A stretch of DNA of 62,371 nucleotides, the filler included, from Choristocarpus tenellus KU-1152 (lineage: Eukaryota; Protista; Phaeophyceae), in assembly GCA_964200185.2 (NCBI GenBank). It is 12 parts of 12 records of this genome, joined end to end, with 100 filler letters (N's around TTAATTAATTAA, not from the genome) between each part and the next. Parts side by side here need not be neighbours in the genome. Positions count along the whole stretch, not along the records: positions 16,247 to 26,962 come from CAXNAD020002763.1; positions 27,063 to 29,915 come from CAXNAD020024188.1; positions 30,016 to 34,090 come from CAXNAD020016359.1; positions 34,191 to 37,720 come from CAXNAD020019434.1; positions 37,821 to 46,701 come from CAXNAD020004229.1; 7 more parts are not named here. The stretch is one strand, 5' to 3'. Position numbers and translations under genes: made by a program. The notes under the pieces were generated by a model. It was not told the DNA's origin, did not search any database, and saw nothing but the letters and a program-made list of their open reading frames with translations. The stretch's first letter is position 1. Each line of letters starts with the position of its first letter. Positions 26,834 through 38,007 of the stretch are shown here, in pieces.

Positions 26834-29769
26834 CTACGCATTTAGAGTGAAAAAAAAAAAGCTCAAACAATTATGTGCACATATTTGTGGGTGTATGCGC
26901 GTAAGAGTATACGTAAGCGCATAGGTAGATCTCTGTATATGAAAAAAGGAATACCATAAAGGNNNNNNNNNNNNNNNNNNNNNNNNNNNNNNNNNNNNNN
27001 NNNNNNTTAATTAATTAANNNNNNNNNNNNNNNNNNNNNNNNNNNNNNNNNNNNNNNNNNNNCGTTAGCCTGTGAATTGGATTTGACTTGTACATCCTGG
27101 AAAGGTGAGCATTGAGGGGCGCCTGTAACACAAACACAGCAACAGGGACGCCTACCACATCCATCCCCAAATCCAACGTCCTGGCAGTATCATCTCCTTG
27201 TCACAACTAGAGTGCTAAACTCATCTTCCAGGATGATAGCTTAGTAAAATGTTTCACAATGTAAAAATACAACCCAACCAACCACTTCAAACAAGAACGA
27301 TTCCACACGAAGAAACGCGTGTTCATAAATTGAATACTTGTATAACTCTAAAATCAATTATTGGTTCCTGATTCATACACCCACAATGCCAAAGCCTCGA
27401 TTTCAATCTGCCCGACCCCCTCACTCCATGAATATATGAGATTTCGTTTCCGTATCATAAGAAGGGGGGAACTTTTCTATCGTATGTGTGGTCCAATTAA
27501 TTTCTGATGTTTTTTCGTTTTGTGGAAGAGGAAAAGGAAGAGACTGTGTAATGTTCCTTTTTGACCCCCAAAAAACACGAACACAAAAAATCCTTAAGCT
27601 CCGCTAGTTCCATCTCCACAATATCGTTGCGTTCAATTAATCATCTGATGGGATACCTGAAGTCAGACCATAACAAATACAACTAGATAAGTGGGCCACC
27701 CTCCCCCCCTCCCTGCCATGAAGTCATGGAGAAGGCAATTAATACTACGAATGGCCTGAGGGGGTCAGGTAGATTGAAACTGCAGGGTTCAAGCATTATA
27801 GACACGTAAGGATTTGAAGCAGTAAGCGATGCTGATTTCTGTAGTGCGTAATGAACGTACCATAGTGTGTGGCAGCTGCGTCATGAAACTATTGGTTGAG
27901 TTCATGGGTTCATACTATGTTGAGTATATGATTAAGCGAGTTGAAAGGATGGGGAAATGATATGATGAGGTAGTATACGTTGAGAGGGAGGATTGCCCGC
28001 AGAATATTATTGATGGGTTTAAAAACTTGAACCAATCAATGTGATAAGAATATGGGTGTGGAGTCGTATTATTGTACAGAGAGTACCCAAATTTTTAGGA
28101 TGCTGAAACTTGTGTGCAAATTTCGGTATTTTATACAAATGTATGTCGGGGATTTTCTATGTTCTGTTGAAGAACTTGATAAAGTAAAGAAATCAACACT
28201 CTGAAATCAATTTTAATACTTCATTTGTAGAAATATGGGTGAATTGCCGAAGATTAAAGAGTGGCTTTAAATGCGATACAGCCAAAACCCAGGTGGCTCT
28301 TGTTTACTGCGGTCACACATTTCGTAGTAGTGGATTAAGGTGACCCCAAGTAAGTGTGGCATTGTTTCACAGTGATTCCCAACGTGGAGCCTTGAGATGC
28401 ATGGCTCTGTTGACAAGGGCATCATTATCGATATGTTCTGTGTTGTGGGTGCCTGTAACACTAAAAAGTGACAAGATTCAGTGTTTGGAACATACAGGAA
28501 GACAAAATACCTGTTGGTCAAATCATCATTATGTAGACGTAAGAGCTCTGGTGCTCTCCTCTGAAAGATAGGTTTTAGGCTCTCAACGCAATGGGGTCTG
28601 CAATTACATTAGCAAGATAGAGCAAAATCAATGATATGGTGTGTTCACCATTATGACAATTAGCTCAATATGAACCTGGTCGCCTTGACACGTTGACAGG
28701 ACGCTGACCTATCGTAAACATCCTTTGATATAATCGAACTCTACATGATGAATCGATAACATACGTATATATATACATTTCGTTTTTACTACAAAGTTGC
28801 TGCGGCAAAATCGAAATTCCACTTCACATGTCCTGAACTGGTGATACAGTCAGTACTCATCACCTCAATTGCCTTCGAACAAGTGTGTAGTGTGCTTTGA
28901 CCACTGTTTAAATGGAGTAAATGCACTAGAGATCTATATAATTAGTGACAAGTTGGTGTTGTATCTTCACACGGTGACCCCAGCCAAATATACTGTTAGT
29001 GATAGCTAAAAATACACAAGAATAACCCGTCTTTTTAGCCCCAAAACGGAAAGTATGCTGTGCAGGCAGCTGTGAATCGAGGGATGCCGATCTTCCCTGA
29101 CATTGGTTGCTATCCCTAAAACTAGAGCCAGGTCTCGGGGGTTAGTTGCTCGTCTACGTTATTATGTTCATGGTGTAGGTGGGAATATCCCTTACACCCT
29201 CCTGATGCATATCCCCTCTACTAGGACAAGACTAGTAAAACTAAACATACAGTTCAGGTACAGGAGGAGTTGAGCTTTTGCCTCCTACAATTGCAGGCTA
29301 CTTTGACCCACTAGACCAATATACACGAAGGTAGTGGATGATGAATCACAGGCCTTGCACTATCAATTGCTGGTAGAGGGAAAACACGATGTACGCTCCC
29401 TAACCCTACAATATATTATGCCAAAAAGGTGTTGTGTGGGTTCAAAAATCGATTTTCCTGGTTGGTATGCACCTAGCGGCTATGTGCCTTCAGTATCCCC
29501 AGACGGTACCATTCAACAGTAGGCCACATATAGTGTTGTTCTGGACCATTGTAGCTGAGCCTATAATGCGGCTTCACAGGTATTGATACAAATGTACAAC
29601 ATGGCGCTCCATCAGTACTGCTTCTCCTCGCCTCATGCTAGCAAATCCTTGACAGAATGTCGATTCCAGTCAACACTAGCCTGTGTGTGAGAGAGGCACA
29701 GAACAAGAGAGTTTAAGACATAGATCACGCCTTGCTGGACTCCAAAAGCACTCATTGATGTCTTACAAC

Positions 29770-29915
29770 CCAAAGTATCTGGCAGGGGGGTCTACACCAG
29801 GGGATCCATTTGGGTCAAAATCAGGAAAAGTGTATTTACAGTATCCATCCGATGTATGCAACCAAATCACCCAAAAATCGCGACATTAAAAAATTGCCCC
29901 CAAATGGACAGCCGC
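29770..29915. mobile_element. MITE-like family B, partial (cut by linker)
   Basis: CAAAGTATCTGG...TCCATTTGGG...CCCCAAATGGACAGCCGC is homologous to the other family B copies. Confidence 0.8.
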
Positions 29916-30242
29916 NNNNNNNNNNNNNNNNNNNNNNNNNNNNNNNNNNNNNNNNNNNNTTAATTAATTAANNNNNNNNNNNNNNNNNNNNNNNNNNNNN
30001 NNNNNNNNNNNNNNNACTACCCCTTGTGTGTTATGTCATGTCCCTCTCCCCCTTCCGAATCATCCCCTTACCTGTGTGTCCTGTGATCCAAGAACAGTGT
30101 TTTCTGTTTGAGATACTTCCATTTTCTGCCCTCACATTGGAACATAATGCCTATACTCTGTCCCTACACTGCCCCGCATGCTGTCGCAATGTGGGTCACT
30201 ACAATGATTTTTTTTATTCGCCAATCTACCGCGGGTGCCTAG

Positions 30243-31701
30243 ACCCAGAGACAGATGCACTAATCCAGGAGGCTATGAAGGAAGGGTTTGAGGATTGCAC
30301 CATCCTCTGTGTAGCTCACCGGTGAGATGATGGGAGTGGGCATAATATCGTTATGCTGGGTTGGTACAATGTGGTGCAGTGAGTGTGGATTGACTGAGGG
30401 ACAAATGGATGTATGGAGTTGTGGACTGAAGTGTGTTGTTTTGCCACTTCAGTAGTTTTCTTGTCTGTGTGAAAACTGAAAGCTGATCCGTACATCTGCT
30501 TGATCAACTAGAGCTCCCATCGATATGTGTTGTGATTGGTTTTATGCTTCGTGAAGTGTGAGGATGATATAGGTACACCTATCTGAAGCCATCAGAGAGG
30601 TTGTCCTGTTACCCTGCCTTGATTTAGAGTCTTGAACATTGCCTCCTTCTCGACTTATTGACATACTCAACCTGTGAGTGGAGAATAATGACATCACACA
30701 CGAAGTTAGGTCCACTTCTTTAACATTCCATCCTTTTAAATTTATTGACATACTCAACCTGTGAGTGGAGAATAATGATATCAAACATGAAGTTGGGTCC
30801 ACTTCAGATGGAGGTTGATTGTGATTTTTGTGGGTTGACCTCCTTGGTGGTGACTACTAACCTGTGAGTGACTATGTAGCAACTCCAGAGTACAACACAT
30901 ACTTTAACATAGTGTTCAGTGGTGAGTTATCCTGTGATGATCACTTTCTCTGCACGAGAGCAAATGTGTATATTCTTGATGTGTTTTATGGCAGCTGCAG
31001 TAGGCATGTTCCCTACATTGCTCTTCGTTCCCGTACTTTTCACTGCTACTTGGTGCCCATTGTTCTTGTATTTCCCATGCCTGCACCATTGACCCCACCC
31101 ATCAGCCCAGCTTGTAGCATGTTTGCATTCTATGGTGATGTTGATGATTATGATCTACGCTTTTTTCTTAACCCTTTGTTCTGATCGATCTGTTTGCGTA
31201 CCTGGTGATACCCTTGTGTGTATTCAATGTGTATTTCTCTCTTCATTGTAATGTGCGTTACACATTTCTTTTCTGAAGCTTACACACAGTGGCATACTAC
31301 GATCAAGTCCTGGTGCTAGACAAGGGCAAGGTCATAGAGTACGACACACCCATCAACCTCCTCAAAGATAAGGGCAGTGTGTTCTGGACCATGTGTAATA
31401 AGGTGACCAAAACTAGAGAAACAGGTTGAAGCTTTGTAGTGCATCTCCTTGAGATGCCTGTGTGCCTCATCCTCCATGGGTGTGTATGACTCAAGATATT
31501 TTCTTTGTATGTATGAGGGTATATGTACTTCATTTCTTCTTGGCAAAGGTTTATTCCCTAGCCTGGATTGCTGCTTGATACATGAGAGCAACACCGTATG
31601 AGTTAACTCCACCACCACCACTGCCTCCATTGTTTGTTTTCTTTGTACAGACTGGAGATCTGGACAATCTTGTTAGCATAGCGGAGGATTCATCTTTGTG
31701 A
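30243..31701 (+). CDS. ABCC/MRP-type ABC transporter, last three exons (NBD2 end)
   Basis: Exons 30243-30321, 31279-31402 and 31651-31701 give (D)PETDALIQEAMKEGFEDCTILCVAHRLHTVAYYDQVLVLDKGKVIEYDTPINLL...TGDLDNLVSIAEDSSL*, a typical ABCC H-loop and C-terminus. Confidence 0.92.
30634..30806. repeat. ~88-bp tandem duplication in ABCC intron
   Basis: TTATTGACATACTCAACCTGTGAGTGGAGAATAATGA...GTCCACTTC occurs twice. Confidence 0.85.
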
Positions 31702-32820
31702 TGAGGGGTGGACTTGTGGGGGTTCAGTCGGGGAACATGATTGATATCCTGCTTATGCTTCATGAAAAGCTCCTCCTCTTATTATGTTCGATGACACTTG
31801 GGATGACTGCTAATTCTGAAGGTTCAATATTTGTATCGTTAGAATTGACGAACACTGTCATGTTGCAGATGTTTTCAAAGTACATTCTATCAACCATTCT
31901 CTGGCTGTTCTATCAAAACTGGTTGGCCAGGATTGGACCAAGTATAATTTCAGTATAATAGTATTTGTTTTGTTTTTTTGTTTCTAATTTACTGAAAATC
32001 TGTTGGCCAGGTTGAAGTATTTTATGAAGTACTGAGCAGTTGTTATCCTTTGCTTCATCCGGAGAATTCTCAACAATGTTACACTATTCGTTGGATGATT
32101 TTGCATGAAAATGTGCTTACCACAATCGTAGTACAAAACAATGCACTGTCAAACTGTATGCCCATTGATGTCAAGGTAAATTTTGGAAGGTATTGGAAGC
32201 GGTTCCATTGCGTAGACACATGACCTTAAATGATTGGTGGATACTGCTATGGGTCACTCTAGGACGAAAAGGGGTAACTTATAGAAGTAGTAGATGGTGT
32301 GGGGTCTACTCCCTCATTCGAAACCATCCAAATTACGGATTTCCTTGCTCAATATTCCACAAATATTGATCTTTCCTTTCATACATGGAATGAGTCATTT
32401 GGCATTTCCCTTTTTTATATCTCATATCCCTATCCCTAACTGATAATGCTAGTGCTCGAGAAGCAGTGAAGACGTATATGACCCTGATGGTTAGGCACCT
32501 TATTTTAGCTCCACTAAGTTGAAGCGGTGATACCTCCCTACTAAGTGGTCATACTGTTGCCAGCTTTCCATTATGGATGGATAGATAACTGATGTCTGTC
32601 CGTTTCACCTCAAGAAAAACTGTCAATATTAATATTATCCCAATGCTGACTTGAGCGTCAATATTTTGAAGATTCATACATAGATGTCTATTACACATTG
32701 CTTGGATGGATCCAATTTGATGTCTGACCTTTTCACCTGGCTATAACTGGCTCATACCATAAAATACTAATGGGGACTTGAGCATCAACAGTTTGAAAAA
32801 TGTGTTGAGCGTAAATGCCA

Positions 32821-33082
32821 GAGTCAAGTATCTGGGAGGGGTGGCGACTGTCCATTCGGGGCACATTTTTCCATGTCTTGATTTGTTTTGATCTTGACAT
32901 CATAACACAGTCCACACAGGTCCAAGCGCTGAGAACATGTCCAAAGTGCAGGATATTCCATACTTCATCGAAAACAAGACCAACCCTCCACGACTAAAGA
33001 CACTCAAATAGACCATTTTTCCAACACCTGGCCAGGGTCGGAATGGACACCCTGGGCTAGACCCCCCCAGATAATTTGAGCC
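32821..33082. mobile_element. MITE-like family B, complete diverged copy
   Basis: Ends GAGTCAAGTATCTGGG ... CCCAGATAATTTGAGCC, with internal inverted GTCCATTC/GAATGGAC. Confidence 0.75.
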
Positions 33083-33874
33083 GCCAGTTCCTCAAGGCTT
33101 CGATACATCCGAAACCATTGTCTGAATTTATTTCACACGCCGAGTAACTGCCCATATCCGTGAGATACCCGTGGTTGCTTGAGAAGCAACAATTACGCAG
33201 TGTTTTCGTAAGTATCACTTACACTTGACTCGGATCAATATTTGATGTCTGAGTGTTTCACCCCCCAAATACCTGCCCAATATCCATAAGATAACAATGG
33301 TGAATTGAGCAGCAGCGTGAATTCTTTGGTTTGAGTGTCAGCTTCACCTGGGTTGTATGGTTCCATAACTCATGTCTGACCATTTCACCTACCCATTGAC
33401 TCCCCTATCTACTATATAATGCACGCACCTGCATGCAATGTTGCTACCATGCTAGACCATATATATTCAAAACTACAAAAGTATGTTGCAAATTCCAGAA
33501 ACACTCTCTTTCGCACATGCATAGTTCCAGCTAGCAATAGGTATATCCTTGACTGGTGGGTGTGTATTGCAACAAGCACATGGTAGTGGACATAGTTCTA
33601 TTTTCGTGACCGTGAGGATTCCTTGGATAATTATGGAAACCGTTTGACGTTGTGACAAAAAGGAAAAAGAGATGAGGGGATTAGACGAATAGTTAAGGAG
33701 TGGATGGCCCGAGAAGCAGACGGAAAACTGCGAAGATAATGGACCATGAGTGTCATCGGGATAGAAGATTGGAGGATTAGATTAGAATGAAAGGTCAAAG
33801 TCAAATGGCTGAGCAGAGTCAAACCATTTCAGAGGGTAGGGCCACGTCCGTTCGGGATCATAAATCCAAAGTTG

Positions 33875-34090
33875 GAGCCAAAGTATCTTAGGGGGTAGAG
33901 TCTCGTCCATTTGGGGCCAATATCCAATGTTGCGATTTCATTATAATTTTGACTATCGTGTTTGTTAGGAAGCGTCAATATCCTTGTTCCAGACACACCT
34001 TTTCATATCATACATATTTTACCTACTCCGAAATGTCTTGGAGTAGGAAAATGTCATAAAAACTCTAAGGGAAGCCAAGCCCCAAATGGA
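33875..34090. mobile_element. MITE-like family A, partial (cut by linker)
   Basis: GAGCCAAAGTATCTTAGGGGGTAGAG...CCCAAATGGA aligns with 49563-49820. Confidence 0.85.
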
Positions 34091-34190
34091 NNNNNNNNNN
34101 NNNNNNNNNNNNNNNNNNNNNNNNNNNNNNNNNNTTAATTAATTAANNNNNNNNNNNNNNNNNNNNNNNNNNNNNNNNNNNNNNNNNNNN

Positions 34191-34332
34191 GTCTACACCA
34201 GGGTGTCCATTTGGACCAAAATCAGGAAGAGTTCATTTACAACATCCATCCGACGTATGCAACCAAAAATCGCGACATGAAAAAATTGACCCCAAATGGA
34301 CAGCCGCCACCCCCTCCCAGATACTTTGAGCC
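34191..34332. mobile_element. MITE-like family B, partial
   Basis: Ends CCCCAAATGGACAGCCGCC...CCCAGATACTTTGAGCC. Confidence 0.8.
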
Positions 34333-34348
34333 AGAACCCCTCCGCGAA

Positions 34349-35489
34349 CTAGCCTTCGACGTGTGCGGTCATGATCTTCTGGCGCTCAGAGTAGCCCCTG
34401 ATAAGGGGGACATGAACGAAAGGAACATGTAAAGAAAGGTCATCATGATGAACGGAATAGGTAGTGGAATTATGTGCGCTTGTTTTGGCGATTATTTCTT
34501 GGGACTTTGCACTCATCCGTAGGATAAAACATGATCGTCTATTCTATTCCGCGTGCGGCTGCAAAGTTCTTGTCGGATGGACTGTGCGTGCGTGTGGTTA
34601 CCTGTCACCGCCGTGGGTAGGTGGGTAAAGTGCTGGGAGGGCGTGTGCTGTCCGGTTCGCGGCGTCTACGGACATGAACACGAAGTCGAGAGGTTTGCCG
34701 GCGGCTTTGGCCCGCATGGCGTTGCTGGTGCTGTTGGTGATGACCAGCCGATCCGCTTTGATAATCTGGCGAATGGGGAACAGCAACATCACGTGAATTA
34801 ATCAAATAAATCTGCTCAGAGTTTAAAAAAAAATGCCGCTTGTTAACACGTATCAGGTTGGTTAGTAACAAAAATGTAGTCTGGGTATCAACAGATGTTA
34901 GTATTGGGGTATGTTTTTATTGCTGTGTTCAAAACAAACACCAAGTTATCGGGATGGTAGGAAGTACGCACGTACCGGGCCGGAAGACCACTACATGACC
35001 TGTCCCTCCCACAGCCCGTTGTACACTATCAGGAAGCAGTCTGTCTTACAAGGTGTTTGGGCAGCTAATAACAGCAAGTTTTGCGGTGAGTGAGGCTACT
35101 GCTGCTGCCATAAACACCTACGTGGGAGTTTTCATTCGCAAAAGGACACGGATTTACTTAGGGTTAGGAGGGCAATGACGGTGATATGTTGTCAGTGTAC
35201 CCTTGTTGAAAAATTAACGCTCGACACCTACCTGTCGATGGTCTGACAGCTCCTTATCGATGGACCCGAGGACGGTGGAGTCGTTGGTGGGTTTTACACT
35301 AGGCGCACCGTGCCGCTCCTCTTTTAACGTGATACATATGTCACATTTCATAACCTCGCCTCCTACCCTCACCCGGATGGTGGGCCTGTCCTCTCAGAGC
35401 AGTCGGAGGAAGTACTTCTTGCTTGCCCGCTTGGAAGGGTCGTCAGGATACACCCATATTGCCTCTTTGCAAGAATCCTTGTATAGCTC
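34349..35489 (-). CDS. Four spliceable exons of unknown product, possibly the decayed tail of the upstream PDE gene
   Basis: Exons 35489-35373, 35298-35232, 34765-34602 and 34397-34349 have GT-AG boundaries and join in frame to ...VKPTNDSTVLGSIDKELSDHRQIIKADRLVITNSTSNAMRAK...GYSERQKIMTAHVEG*. No family recognised. Confidence 0.45.
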
Positions 35490-36239
35490 CTAATTAAAAA
35501 TGTTGGTTGTGTGGGCAAGTGAGGAGTTATTGAGAAGGAACACTCGAAGAACACCCCTGCAACATCTCTCGAAGGCGGACTGACCAATAATTTCACTGAG
35601 AACGCGGAGGACAGGATCAAGCAAGCTTACATCTTGCGTTACGAAAGAGCAAATACAATGATCTGATTAATCTCCCATGAGCGTCATTCTGTTCTGGCCT
35701 CGCTACTGTTTGCAGAGGCGACAAAGGAGGTGAATCTACCATCATCATCATCATCGTCGCGAAGCGCTTTGTACATACGAAGTACACACTTTTCCTACCA
35801 ATTTCAGACCGGGGCCGGGGCCGCAGAGTATGTGTGCTCGGCGTTGAAATAACATTTATTGTGTCTTCCTTCGTAAAATCGACAACAAGTATCATAATGA
35901 ATATTGATATATCGACAGAGCAAGCGAAAAGGATAGCACTTTGTATGAATCTTGACAAGTTATTTTAACCATAATATCAAACCGGTCAAGGTAATGAACA
36001 TCCACCACTCGATCCACTACTTAGATCCACCTTTTCTACGTACTGCCGGGTCACACGGTTTGCATCTAACTCCAATACAACAGGGTGCAGCCAACCTCTC
36101 CACAACCAAGGGCAAAACCGACCTGTTTGTTCGCGGTGTAGATCACAATTGTTGACTTGTGAGGCATGAAAACTGCCCGTATGTATCAGCCCAGTAGTCT
36201 ATCCAGGACATCACCAGGTCTCGCTTCGGACCCATGTGT

Positions 36240-36496
36240 GTGAAAGTATCTTAGAGGGTACGAATTTTGCCCTTTTTGTCCATTTGGGGTTTGGATTCCC
36301 ACGGGTTTTTCAATGACATTTTCCTACTCCAAAATGTTTCGGAGCAGATAAAATGTATACCTTTTGAAAAGGTGTGTCCGGAACAAGCATATTTACACTT
36401 CCTAACAAGCATGATACTCAAAATTATATCAAAATCACAACATTGGATTTTTGCCCCCAAATGGACGCGACTCTACCCTCTAAGATACTTTGACTC
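36240..36496. mobile_element. MITE-like family A, complete (in PDE intron)
   Basis: 18-bp inverted repeat AAAGTATCTTAGAGGGTA / TACCCTCTAAGATACTTT plus inner GTCCATTTGGGG / CCCCAAATGGAC. Confidence 0.9.
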
Positions 36497-36581
36497 TAAC
36501 CCTACGCTACACCATCATCATCGTCATCATTTTCACCATCACCATCATCGTAGCAGTAGTCGTTGTTGAGGTCGTTTTAGG

Positions 36582-36626
36582 TTGGTACTTTTTTGGTACT
36601 TTTTTGGTACTTTTTTGGTACTTTTT
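36582..36626. repeat. 11-bp minisatellite (TTGGTACTTTT)x4
   Basis: Near-perfect tandem repeat just inside the PDE intron donor. Confidence 0.9.
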
Positions 36627-37262
36627 GGGGATTGCACACACCGTGAGCGTGACATCTGCTGCATGCACGTGGGTGTGGTAGCTGTTCGGCATGTCGGGTC
36701 GGTAGCAGTAGGAGGCCTCCACTGTGCTGAACATGTCACTTAGGCGCTCTGCACTCAGTGAAAACGTTCCGATGATGTTGTAGTGTGAAAAGACGGCCAT
36801 GGCAGCAAACCTTGAGCCAACAGTGCGGGTGGGTGATGTCGGTGCAACAGAGTACAGAAGAGAGCTAGGACTATGTCATAGCAGGGCTAGATGTTGGGAT
36901 CAGCGTTAGGGTTTGAGATCAATGCGCTCCCGACCGTTGCAGTGGACACTGGCCGTTTCATCAGGTAAAACAAGATAGAAAGGTTTGCTCATTCAAAAGG
37001 TCAGCCACTGTGTACTGTTACACTAGCATTATACATACCACAACGAGTGCCCGTTGCTCATCTCCTCCAGCTCAAAGACATCGAATTCCCAGGAAAGGAA
37101 AGACTTTTCCGACATCAGAGCCTCCACACCCTCCATCTTCTCCTGAATGTTTTTGAATGCCGGTGTTGTGTGCACATGAGACGGGGACATTGAGGGTTAG
37201 AAACCGAGAGCAGTTTCCCTTGTCTGCATTGACTGTCAAGGTGCTCGATCAACAACACAGAA

Positions 37263-37523
37263 GAGCCAAAGTATCTGAGAGGGTACGAATTTTGCCCAGT
37301 TTGTCCATTTGGGGCTTGGCTTCCCACGCGTTTTTAATGACATATTAACTACACCAAAATCTTTCCGAGTAGTTAAAATGTGTACGTTTTGAAAAGGGAG
37401 TGTCCGGAACAAGGATATTGGCATCCCCTATCAAACATGATAGTCAAAATTATATCAAAATCGAAACATTGGATTTTGACCCCCAAATGGACGCGGCCAT
37501 ACCCCTCTAAGATAATTTGGTTC
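37263..37523. mobile_element. MITE-like family A, complete
   Basis: GAGCCAAAGTATCTGAGAGGGTA ... TACCCCTCTAAGATAATTTGGTTC; colinear with 36240-36496. Confidence 0.9.
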
Positions 37524-37629
37524 AGTACAGGCCTGTGAAGAGAGAATATAGTAAGCTAACACGGTCTAAAATCATTAACCATAACCATCGATTGCAGGTG
37601 TTTTGGAAAGAGTATTTATTACGTCTACT

Positions 37630-37720
37630 GGCTCAAAGTATCTGGGGGGGGGGGGGGGGCTTTCCATTCGGGGCCTATTTTTTCATGTGACGATTTTTGG
37701 GTGGTTTGGTTGTATACATT
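37630..37720. mobile_element. MITE-like family B, partial (cut by linker)
   Basis: GGCTCAAAGTATCTGGGG...TCCATTCGGGGC. Confidence 0.8.
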
Positions 37721-38007
37721 NNNNNNNNNNNNNNNNNNNNNNNNNNNNNNNNNNNNNNNNNNNNTTAATTAATTAANNNNNNNNNNNNNNNNNNNNNNNN
37801 NNNNNNNNNNNNNNNNNNNNTTCTCTCTCTGTTCCTTAAAGGGAAAAGGGACCACAGTTTTTTTTTTTTTGTTGGGGGTTCGCCCCCCCCCCCCCCCCCC
37901 CCTCCCAGACAATTTCATCCTCATGTGTTTCCCTGTCATCATTGTTTTTCTTGCGCCTTTACCTCTGACACCACAACATTTCATTTGTGTTCAATCGCCC
38001 TTCCAAG

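Larger units (their letters stand above)
36066..37142 (-). pseudogene. Class I 3',5'-cyclic nucleotide phosphodiesterase, truncated before the HD motif
   Basis: Exons 37142-37039 (SWEFDVFELEEMSNGHSLW), 36810-36642 (...NSYHTHVHAADVTLT) and 36122-36066 (VGFALGCGEVGCTLLYWS*). The YHxxxHAADV signature is present; I found no HDxxHPG in the rest of the contig. Confidence 0.75.

Noticed and set aside
34080-34200. One MITE spanning the gap
   Set aside because: The left side is family A and the right side is family B, so they are different copies on different contigs.
35373-35489. In-frame TGA as selenocysteine or readthrough
   Set aside because: No redox motif or SECIS was identified, and another frame is open and splice-compatible.
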